Source: Candidatus Omnitrophota bacterium (GTDB taxonomy: Bacteria; Omnitrophota; Gorgyraeia; 2-01-FULL-45-10). From it: a stretch of DNA of 56,983 nt. Each line of letters begins with the position of its first letter. The stretch's first letter is position 1. Positions 34,917 to 43,159 of this stretch are shown one piece after another. A program made the position numbers and the translations under genes. Location: contig JAHJHP010000081.1 in NCBI GenBank assembly GCA_018823705.1, positions 1 to 56,983 of the forward strand, written 5' to 3'. The notes beneath the pieces were generated by a model. It searched no databases, was not told the DNA's origin, and worked only from the letters and a program-made list of their open reading frames with translations.

Positions 34917-35585
34917 TCATCCGCCGATCTGTTTTTCAACTAACCGAATCATAACCATCCTCAATTCTTCAAGGGTGTGGGTATACGGGTCCAGCCTCGA
35001 GATCTCATCAGCCAGTTTTTTGTTGCCGATGGAATATTTTATCCAGTCTGAAAAATCATTCGTTTCCCGCCCGATCCTTAACCGCGCCTCAAAGGTATGA
35101 AAATATATGGAATCTGTGGTAATATTTTTCAGCGCCTCCATAAATTCCTTCAGGTCAGTGACCACATAGGACGTGGGCAGTATAAAACTGACTGACTTCA
35201 TAAAACAGAACGCTTCGTTCTTCTCTAAATGCCTGAATCCGGATAGGAAGTTCTTCTTCAGGTACAGGTCTATTATTTCAACGATGGCATTCCTTAAACT
35301 GTTAATATCGCTGAACCGCGCCATATCAATGCTTGCGAGCTGCTCACTCAATTCCTTTTCACCGAGCACATTAGAGATCCAGTACGCAAAATCGTTAGGC
35401 GGCTCCGGTGAATGATATTGGCGCTGCTGCAAAAATCTATGGGTATGATGATAGATGCTTGAAACCGGGACCTTTTTAATATGCCGGACTATCTGCCGTA
35501 AATTGGAAGCGAACAGGCCGGTCAATTCTGTCAGATTCAGCCTTGTATAGAACTTAAACGGTTCTTTAGCTTTTTGTAATTGCAC
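34917..35585 (-). CDS. Hypothetical protein coupled to treT (possibly DUF5752-like)
   Basis: 222 aa, helical, no signal peptide. Family assignment is from memory only. Confidence 0.5.
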   Translation of the reverse strand: MQLQKAKEPFKFYTRLNLTELTGLFASNLRQIVRHIKKVPVSSIYHHTHRFLQQRQYHSPEPPNDFAYWISNVLGEKELSEQLASIDMARFSDINSLRNAIVEIIDLYLKKNFLSGFRHLEKNEAFCFMKSVSFILPTSYVVTDLKEFMEALKNITTDSIYFHTFEARLRIGRETNDFSDWIKYSIGNKKLADEISRLDPYTHTLEELRMVMIRLVEKQIGG

Positions 35586-35682
35586 TCTTCACCTCTCTTA
35601 AGAATCTTACCGTCCCATCGGTATCGTCATAGGGCTCTCAAATTTAATCTTTAGCCCTTTTATCTCAAATCCATGATTCCCC

Positions 35683-36648
35683 TTAATCAAGCAGCGCTTC
35701 TACGGAGGCAAGGATCTTACTGATCGACTTTTTATTATTGGCGGCATAGAAACCCGCTATATCGGAATGTCCTCCTCCTTTATATTTCTGCGCCAGGGGC
35801 CCTATATCGATATCACCATTGGACCTCAAGCTTACTCTTAACATATCACTGTTATTTTCCCTGAACAGTACAGCGGCCTCAACGCCTTTCATAGAGATCA
35901 TTTCGCTCGCTATAGAATCAGCATCATAATCCCTGCACCCGGCCATGGTAAGGTTTTTCTTCGTTATTGTCGACCAGACGATCCTGTCCTTTTTTAAGAA
36001 TTTTGCCCTCAATAAACAAGCGGCTGATAACATCATGCTCTCTTTTGTTCTTGAGCCATAGACCTTATCTACCAACCGGGAAAAATTTAACTTTGTCTTC
36101 AGCATCTCCGTGCATATTTTGAAGGTAGCAGGCCTGACATTCGCCAATCTGAATAAGTTTGTCTCCACAATTATCGATGTTAAAATATTCTCGGCGATGT
36201 TCCGGGTTATTTTAATATTTAATTCTTTTATAAGAAAACATATTAATTCGCCCACTGCGGCTGCCTGATAATCAACGATCTTCATATCGCCAAATGATCT
36301 TCTGAATCTATGATGATCGATCTCAAGTATGGATTTTGCGTTTTTGAATACAGGGATGTTCTTATCCAGAAGATCTATAATGCTGCAGTCAACGGCTATT
36401 GCCAGATCTACTTTTTTCTTTATTGTCTTCACTATACCTCCGGCGCCGGGTAAGGATCTATAGTTTGGAGGTATTTCGCCCTGGCATAACATATATACTT
36501 TCTTACCAAGGCCGCTCAATGCCAGCCCCAGCGCCAGGAGAGAGCCTATGGAATCACCATCGGGATTTACGTGGCCGGAGATGGCTATGCTGCGCGCGCT
36601 CAGTATGCTGCGCCGGATCTTTTTAAAACCCCTCAGGCGCTTATTCAT
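35683..36648 (-). CDS. DHH/DHHA1 phosphoesterase (NrnA-like nanoRNase / pAp or pApA phosphatase)
   Basis: HVNPDGDSIGS, DHH in EIDHHRF, C-terminal GGGH. 4-nt overlap with the upstream cdaA fusion. Confidence 0.8.
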   Translation of the reverse strand: MNKRLRGFKKIRRSILSARSIAISGHVNPDGDSIGSLLALGLALSGLGKKVYMLCQGEIPPNYRSLPGAGGIVKTIKKKVDLAIAVDCSIIDLLDKNIPVFKNAKSILEIDHHRFRRSFGDMKIVDYQAAAVGELICFLIKELNIKITRNIAENILTSIIVETNLFRLANVRPATFKICTEMLKTKLNFSRLVDKVYGSRTKESMMLSAACLLRAKFLKKDRIVWSTITKKNLTMAGCRDYDADSIASEMISMKGVEAAVLFRENNSDMLRVSLRSNGDIDIGPLAQKYKGGGHSDIAGFYAANNKKSISKILASVEALLD

Positions 36649-38186
36649 ACGCCCTTTTCTTTCTTCTCGGCTTCTATTTTCTCAGTCTCTTTTTTCTCAG
36701 CCTCTTTCTTCTCAGCCTCTTTCTTCTCAGTCTCTTTTTTCTCAACATCGATAATCACTTTTATCTCAGGCGCTTTATCACCGGAAAAACGAATATCCGG
36801 ATCGACTATAAGCTTGGGAATAACGGTAGTTGTTTCCCTTACCGCTGTTAGCTCGATGGGCTCCATTGTGATGTTAAACTTATCCTTAGGCGATGTACTC
36901 GGAACCATGACCGAAAGCGATCTGGGCTCGATCCTTATATCGCGTATCACAACTCCTGAGGGTGGTTTTCCTCTGGTCGCTATCTCGAGCGCAATAGTAT
37001 GCGGTATCAAGGTGTATGAATTCAATAAGATCTGTCCCGGGTCTATATTGACTACGGAAATACCGGAAGAAGTCCGCACCAGGTCCTTGGAAAGCGGGAT
37101 CTTATTTTCTCCGTCTTTAATCTTAGCCATATCTAAAGAAACTTTGAGCTCTGCCGGCTTAAAAAGATTGAATCCCTGCGCATCGCCGCTCAACGTTACC
37201 GCTACTTCCTTCACCGTTGGTTCATTGATGATCCTATTGGAAGCCAGATTGCGATATTCGATCGGGACGACAAAATCTCTACGAATGCTTTCTACGCGGT
37301 GCCCAAATGTCATCCACAGGCTACAGGCAATAATTACGGCGATCACTTTCTCTATGAAGTGTTCTGCCAAAAAACGCTTTATCCCCATGCTTTTTTTCTG
37401 CGGAAACTTTTTGAGGTAGAAATCCTGCAGCGTATTGTTAATCTGGGTGATATCTTTTAAATGCCTGATCCTGCCTTCATCCGCCACCGAAATAGTCCCC
37501 TCCTCTTCTGAGACGACAAGGGAAAGGGCGTCTGTCCGCTCCGTTATGCCCAGGGCCGCGGCGTGGCGCGTGCCCAATCGGCCGATCGATTTGATATTTG
37601 TGGAAAGTGGGAGGTGGCAGCCCAATTTAGTTATGCGGGCTCCATCGATGATCGTCGCGCCGTCGTGGCTTGGCGCATGCCGGTCAAAAATACTTTCGAG
37701 AAGCACCTGGCTTATCAGCGCATCTACAACGACACCTGCCTCTAAGTGACGGTCAAGAGGGTCTGTTCCCCTGATAACGATCAAAGCCCCCATTTTCTTT
37801 CGGGAGAGATCTGCCAGGGCGCTGCTTAGCATTTCTGTATTCTGCGCGAAGGGCGCTACAGCGCGATGTCTGCGCGTTACACCGATAACAGCGATCCTTT
37901 CGAAAAAATGACGGAGGTCATCCTGAAAGATCACTACGATCATGATAAGAAAAATAGCAAAAAACGCCTGGAAGACCATGGTGGTCAGATAGAGCCCGAA
38001 GAATCGCGCCAGGATATAGATCAGGCCCAAAATGATCATTCCGACCAGGACAAGCCGAACCCGCGCCTTCTTGAGCCAGACAAGTATCAGGTAGATCAAG
38101 ATAGCGATAACACCTATATCGATGAAATCAACAAATCTGAGACTTTGCAAAAACTCCGTAGCGTAATTAAGTATTTTAATGCTCAT
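36645..38186 (-). CDS. cdaA: Diadenylate cyclase CdaA fused to YbbR (CdaR-like) repeats with a Lys/Glu repeat tail
   Basis: 3 N-terminal TM helices. DAC motifs GALIVI, HDGATII, GTRHAAALG. Then a TM helix and about 200 aa of YbbR-like beta repeats. Ends EKKETEKKEAEKKEAEKKETEKIEAEKKEKGV. Confidence 0.8.
   Translation of the reverse strand: MSIKILNYATEFLQSLRFVDFIDIGVIAILIYLILVWLKKARVRLVLVGMIILGLIYILARFFGLYLTTMVFQAFFAIFLIMIVVIFQDDLRHFFERIAVIGVTRRHRAVAPFAQNTEMLSSALADLSRKKMGALIVIRGTDPLDRHLEAGVVVDALISQVLLESIFDRHAPSHDGATIIDGARITKLGCHLPLSTNIKSIGRLGTRHAAALGITERTDALSLVVSEEEGTISVADEGRIRHLKDITQINNTLQDFYLKKFPQKKSMGIKRFLAEHFIEKVIAVIIACSLWMTFGHRVESIRRDFVVPIEYRNLASNRIINEPTVKEVAVTLSGDAQGFNLFKPAELKVSLDMAKIKDGENKIPLSKDLVRTSSGISVVNIDPGQILLNSYTLIPHTIALEIATRGKPPSGVVIRDIRIEPRSLSVMVPSTSPKDKFNITMEPIELTAVRETTTVIPKLIVDPDIRFSGDKAPEIKVIIDVEKKETEKKEAEKKEAEKKETEKIEAEKKEKGV
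36664..36744. repeat. 15-nt tandem repeat (about 5.4 copies) encoding the KE tail of the CdaA fusion
   Basis: TTCTCAGCCTCTTTC and variants at 36664, 36679, 36694, 36709 and 36724, with a partial copy at 36739. Confidence 0.85.
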
Positions 38187-38235
38187 ATTTTTCTTATCGC
38201 CTTTCTCTTTTTAGGAACGCTATATTAAAATATCA

Positions 38236-40080
38236 TCACCCGTATATTTTCCCGGCCAACGCTCCATAACGCGGCACCAGGATCTCTTTTTTGCAATATG
38301 CCTGTACTTTTTGCTTTATTTTTCCGCCATAACGGCTATACGCCGTATTGAGCATCTCGCTGAATGTTCCTGCTCCGAAAGGCGACGCGATCTTCTGTTC
38401 CTGCCCCAGAAATGATATGATTACTCCGAAACGGCGCCGCTTCCTGCAGGTATACTCAATAGCGATCCACTGGCCTCCCTTATCCCACCAGACTCCTGAC
38501 AGACTAGAATCCGAAAACATTTTTTTCCTCAAGCTTATCAGATCCTGATAAAGACGCAGGAGATAGCGCCGCTCGTTTCCGGCTTTAGCGTGCCATTTGA
38601 GCTTGGAATCTAAAAACGTTTTTTTAGATTCCGGATCGGGAGTCTCTTCCCAGCCAAAAGCCGCAAATTCTCTCTTTCTTCCTTCCTGCACCGCGTGAAT
38701 GAGGCCGGCGTCCTCGTGATCTATGAAATATTGGAAAGGGGCTCTTTCCCCATACTCCTGTCCCATGAACAGCAAAGGAGTGTTAGCGGATAAGATCAGG
38801 AGGACGGCGGCAAGTTTCTGCCTGTCGAGATCGACGAGCGTTGAGAGCCGCTCACCGAAAGCGCGATTCCCGACCTGGTCATGATTTTGGACGCAAATGA
38901 CCAGTTTTTGAGGCGACAGATCTTTGACGGAATTTCCATGATGCCTTTTGCGAAAAGATGAATATTTTCCGTCATAAACAAAGCCCTCTTTGATCGCTTT
39001 TACAATATCGTCAAAGCGCCCGAAATCTTCGTAATACCCCTGCCGGTCACCTGTAAGATAAGAATGCACTGCATGATGAAAATCGTCGTTCCATTGTCCG
39101 GACAATCCGTATCCACCCTGTTTTTTTGACCGGATGATCCGGGAGTCATTCAGATCGCTTTCCGCAATGACATGAACGCAACGTCCGAGTTTTTGCGCCG
39201 CACTCTGGATCGCGTCATTTAATTCCTGCAAAATATGCCTGGAGCTGAAGTCATAGATCCCATGAATCGCGTCCACCCTCAGGGCATCTAAATGGTACTC
39301 GGAGATCCAGCGAACGCCATTTTCGACCACAAAACGCCTGACGTGACCGCTGCCACGGTCGTCATAATTGATCGCGTCTCCCCATGGCGTATGATATTTT
39401 TTCGTAAAATATGGGCCAAAGTCGCTGAGATAGTTTCCTTCGGGGCCCAGATGGTTATAGACCACGTCGAGGCATACGGCAAGGCCGGCGCGGTGACAGG
39501 CATCGATAAAGCGCTTGAACGCCTCGGGACCGCCGTAACTGTTCTGCACCGCGTAAAGCCCGACTCCGTCATAACCCCAGTTCCTGCTTCCGGGAAACTG
39601 CGCGACGGGCATAACCTCGACACAGGTGATCCCGAGCTTTTTGAGATACGGTATCTTCTTAATAGCCCCGGCAAAGGTCCCTTCGGGCGTAAAGGTCCCG
39701 ATATGCAGTTCATATATGATCAGGTCGTGTAAAGAAAGGCCTTTCCATAAACGGTCTTTCCATCTGTAAGAGTCGGGGTCTACCACCGCTGAGGGCCCAT
39801 GAACTCCATCTGGCTGAAAGCGGGAGGCAGGGTCGGAACGCTCTTTCGCACCGTCCAGGACATAGCTATATTTCGTTCCGGGCGCTACCCTGATGGCCTC
39901 TGTCCTGAAATATCCGTCATCGTCCTTTACCATCGGAATAAAGACCGTCTTAGGGCGAAGGCGGAGCTTCAGATCTACCCGCGCGGCAAGAGGAGCCCAA
40001 ACGGTGAATGCGTAAAAACCGGACCGGGCCTTCGTCGCTCCAAGGCTTAAGGATCTTTTGCGGGAATGTTTTATACTCAT
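38236..40080 (-). CDS. treZ: Malto-oligosyltrehalose trehalohydrolase
   Basis: 614 aa, GH13 with an N-terminal E-set domain. DVVYNH, LDALRVDA, IAESD, QNHDQ catalytic regions. Confidence 0.85.
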   Translation of the reverse strand: MSIKHSRKRSLSLGATKARSGFYAFTVWAPLAARVDLKLRLRPKTVFIPMVKDDDGYFRTEAIRVAPGTKYSYVLDGAKERSDPASRFQPDGVHGPSAVVDPDSYRWKDRLWKGLSLHDLIIYELHIGTFTPEGTFAGAIKKIPYLKKLGITCVEVMPVAQFPGSRNWGYDGVGLYAVQNSYGGPEAFKRFIDACHRAGLAVCLDVVYNHLGPEGNYLSDFGPYFTKKYHTPWGDAINYDDRGSGHVRRFVVENGVRWISEYHLDALRVDAIHGIYDFSSRHILQELNDAIQSAAQKLGRCVHVIAESDLNDSRIIRSKKQGGYGLSGQWNDDFHHAVHSYLTGDRQGYYEDFGRFDDIVKAIKEGFVYDGKYSSFRKRHHGNSVKDLSPQKLVICVQNHDQVGNRAFGERLSTLVDLDRQKLAAVLLILSANTPLLFMGQEYGERAPFQYFIDHEDAGLIHAVQEGRKREFAAFGWEETPDPESKKTFLDSKLKWHAKAGNERRYLLRLYQDLISLRKKMFSDSSLSGVWWDKGGQWIAIEYTCRKRRRFGVIISFLGQEQKIASPFGAGTFSEMLNTAYSRYGGKIKQKVQAYCKKEILVPRYGALAGKIYG

Positions 40081-43000
40081 CAGTCTTTAATGTTTGTCAG
40101 CAGGCACACAGGCGCATGGAGAAAAAGTTCCGAGACCTTGACCGTTGCCGTATCTTTTCGGGTGACGATATCGACCATGCGCGGCGCTATAACATCTCTC
40201 AGCTTTGAGGCCGGAGCAGCATCGATCGGCCACGAGAGTTCCGTGCCGGACCAAAAATCGGACGCGACGTTCGATCGTTTATCGAACGGACAATCCGCAA
40301 AGAACCTCCCCGCAACGGCAAGCGCGATCTTGTCGCCTCTCTTGCGGATGAAGGCGACAACGTTACGCGCGCCCTTTCCTTTAACCGCAACGGGTATATA
40401 GTCCGCTCCGAGGAAAAGCTCTTTGTGCTCCCGGCGAAAACGGAGCATTTTCCACGTATATAACAGCTTGAGGCTATTCATATCAAAGAGGCCTGAATCC
40501 CTCGCTCCTGCCGTGTTGGCCGCAACGTTCGGGTGCTTCCGCTCCACATCCGCCAATAAATGTTTTCTCAGATTAAAATCGACGGGACGCCTGTTATCGG
40601 GATCGACCAGGCCGTAAGACCATGTCTCGTTCCCCTGATAAATATCTACGACTCCGGGCGACGCTATTTTAAGCACCGTCGCCGACAGGCTGTTCAGCTT
40701 TCCCAGAAAAGAGACCCGTTTCTGGAACGACCTGAAGCTTTTCAGGAAACCGGCGGCGGTTTCATTATTCAATATCGATCTGATGAAACGGTAGACCACT
40801 TTTTCGTATTCTGTATTCGGGCGCGACCAGCTTGTGTATATCTTGGCTTCGCGCACCGACTTCAGCGCGCATTGCCCTATCCGCTCGCTGAATTGACGCA
40901 TCGCCGCGGCGCTCATCGCTTCATCCGGCCAGGCTCCTATCAATGTCTGATAGATGAAGTATTCGGTATTAGCCCTCGGTTCCGCCACGTCGTCGATAGC
41001 GGTCTTAAGCTTCCTGTTCAGCTTCCCCCATTCGTCGATCTTCACCTTCCACTCCTCTGGCATCTCGCTCAAGACGTTGATGCGCATGCGCACGTCCTCG
41101 CTGCGCTTTGTATCATGCGTTGAAGAGGTAATCATGCTGTACGGCCAGTGCTTGTTGCGCGTGATGTTATGCTGATGAAAACTCTCCGATGTATGTCCGA
41201 AATAGAACGGGGCGCCTCCTACCTCATTGAGCGACAGGAGCCTGTTATAGACGTAGAACGCCGTATCCTCAAGGCCCTTGGCCATGATAGGACCGGTCAA
41301 TTGCTGAAATCTGAGCAGAAAATCGCGATAGAGGCGCGATTCCTCGCCGCCGGGTTCGGTCTTCAGGTTGAGAAGCAGCGCTTCCCGAAGAAAATCATAT
41401 ACGGCGGGATTAAGCGCGGGGGTCTTCTGTTTGGCCCGATCGACGGCGATACGGATGTACTTTTCATCCCTCTTCGAAACGCTGGTGCTGTCGGGAGAAA
41501 CGTACGTCCTGTAGACAGGGAAACAGGCGATCACCTCCCTGATCGCAAGCGTAAGATCGTTGCGTGTGAAATCCCTGAAACACCTGTTCATCTCCGAGAT
41601 GCGATCGAGTCGATGTCCCAGGGCGTTGATCTCGCCCGCCATATGCACCAGGCCGAAGAACTTCTTCTTATTGTATACGAGCTCTTCAAAATCGATCCTG
41701 TGGCCGATATAACTTTCGTAAAGTTTCGCGAACTTGTTTTCATTGCGATCATCGACAAAGATACCGTTCAGGACATTCAGGTAATCATACCCGACGGTGC
41801 CGTGGATATCACAGATCTCGGGTAACGGCTCTTTGCGATCAAGTATCTTTTCCGCTACGACATAAATCACTGTCTTGGACGAAAACTCATTGATGAGCAG
41901 GGTATCGAGCGCCAGGCGGACCGCATCAACATCAACGGCTTCGGCTTCCCGGCCTTCCGCGCGCGCGCGTTCTTCGGATTCTTTGAGCGCCATCTGCAGG
42001 AGATATTCCCTCTGCAACCTCCTGAAATAAGCCGGCGGGTCATAGAGACCGTCGGGATGATCGATACGCAGGCCGTGGACCTTACCCTGCCGGATCAGAT
42101 CGAAGAGCAATTGGTGATAATGGCGAAAGACCTCCTCGTCCTCAACGCGGATAGCGGCAAGTTCATTGATATCAAAAAAACGGCGATAGTTGATCTCCTG
42201 CGAGGCCACCGACCAGAGGGCCAGGCGATAATGCTGATAATTGAGCAACTGATCCATAGGGTCAAAGCTTCTCGGGTCGGCCTTGACCCCGTTAAAAAAT
42301 ACAAACAGGCTGTCGACAAATTTCCGAACTGCCGGCGATCGACTCACGAGCGAATTCAGGCGCTGCTTGGCGATATCTTTTTCACGGTTCCGCTCCGTCA
42401 TCTTTTCGGCGCTGCAGTCCGTGGCGGAAGGAAGGTTCTTGAACGCCGTGATAACGCTCAGGTATTCCAGATAATCCGGGTGCTCACCGGTAAGCTCTTT
42501 CTCGAGATCACCTATGGCATGCTCGAGTATCTCCGGGTAGGTCTTAGGGTCTATCGGGAAACGATGGTCATGATATACGATCGAAAATTCACCTTTCTCG
42601 AACGACAGCCTTATCTCCTGGTTCTCCAGTACCCTGCCATACAGGTCTCCAAGCACCGGCAGCAGGACCTTGCCTTCCAGCTCCTGCTTTACAGGTTTCC
42701 AATCGATATCAAAATACCGCGCGTACAGCGAGCTGGGCCCGTTCTCGAGGACATCGAGCCACCAGCTGTTGTTATTGCCGCTAACGCCCATGTGGTTCGG
42801 CACCACGTCGACGATCTGGCCCAAACCGTTCTTAGCAAGCGCGCCGCAAAACTGCTCATACTCCTCGGGCGAACCGATCTCGGGATTGATGAGGTTCGGA
42901 TCGGTAACGTTGTAGCCGTGCACGCTTCCCGGTGAAGCCTGAAAATAAGGCGAGCAATATACGGCCTCCACCCCGAGTTCTTTAAGGTACGGAAGGATAA

Positions 43001-43142
43001 TTTCCGCGTCTTTGAACATAAAGTCGCGATTCAGCTGGATACGATAGACGGCCGACGGAATAAATATGGATCGCAGCTTCCTGAGTATCAGAGTCCTCAA
43101 TTTTTCTTCGCTGAATATTATTTTGACCGGTTCTTTCTCCAT
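40080..43142 (-). CDS. treY: Malto-oligosyltrehalose synthase (long form)
   Basis: 1020 aa. N-terminal YRIQLNRDF..LGV..YCSPYFQA..GSVHGYNVTD, VDVVPNHM, GLRIDHPDG, SSTHDTKRSED. Confidence 0.85.
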   Translation of the reverse strand: MEKEPVKIIFSEEKLRTLILRKLRSIFIPSAVYRIQLNRDFMFKDAEIILPYLKELGVEAVYCSPYFQASPGSVHGYNVTDPNLINPEIGSPEEYEQFCGALAKNGLGQIVDVVPNHMGVSGNNNSWWLDVLENGPSSLYARYFDIDWKPVKQELEGKVLLPVLGDLYGRVLENQEIRLSFEKGEFSIVYHDHRFPIDPKTYPEILEHAIGDLEKELTGEHPDYLEYLSVITAFKNLPSATDCSAEKMTERNREKDIAKQRLNSLVSRSPAVRKFVDSLFVFFNGVKADPRSFDPMDQLLNYQHYRLALWSVASQEINYRRFFDINELAAIRVEDEEVFRHYHQLLFDLIRQGKVHGLRIDHPDGLYDPPAYFRRLQREYLLQMALKESEERARAEGREAEAVDVDAVRLALDTLLINEFSSKTVIYVVAEKILDRKEPLPEICDIHGTVGYDYLNVLNGIFVDDRNENKFAKLYESYIGHRIDFEELVYNKKKFFGLVHMAGEINALGHRLDRISEMNRCFRDFTRNDLTLAIREVIACFPVYRTYVSPDSTSVSKRDEKYIRIAVDRAKQKTPALNPAVYDFLREALLLNLKTEPGGEESRLYRDFLLRFQQLTGPIMAKGLEDTAFYVYNRLLSLNEVGGAPFYFGHTSESFHQHNITRNKHWPYSMITSSTHDTKRSEDVRMRINVLSEMPEEWKVKIDEWGKLNRKLKTAIDDVAEPRANTEYFIYQTLIGAWPDEAMSAAAMRQFSERIGQCALKSVREAKIYTSWSRPNTEYEKVVYRFIRSILNNETAAGFLKSFRSFQKRVSFLGKLNSLSATVLKIASPGVVDIYQGNETWSYGLVDPDNRRPVDFNLRKHLLADVERKHPNVAANTAGARDSGLFDMNSLKLLYTWKMLRFRREHKELFLGADYIPVAVKGKGARNVVAFIRKRGDKIALAVAGRFFADCPFDKRSNVASDFWSGTELSWPIDAAPASKLRDVIAPRMVDIVTRKDTATVKVSELFLHAPVCLLTNIKD

Positions 43143-43159
43143 CGCTACGCTTTCTTTAG

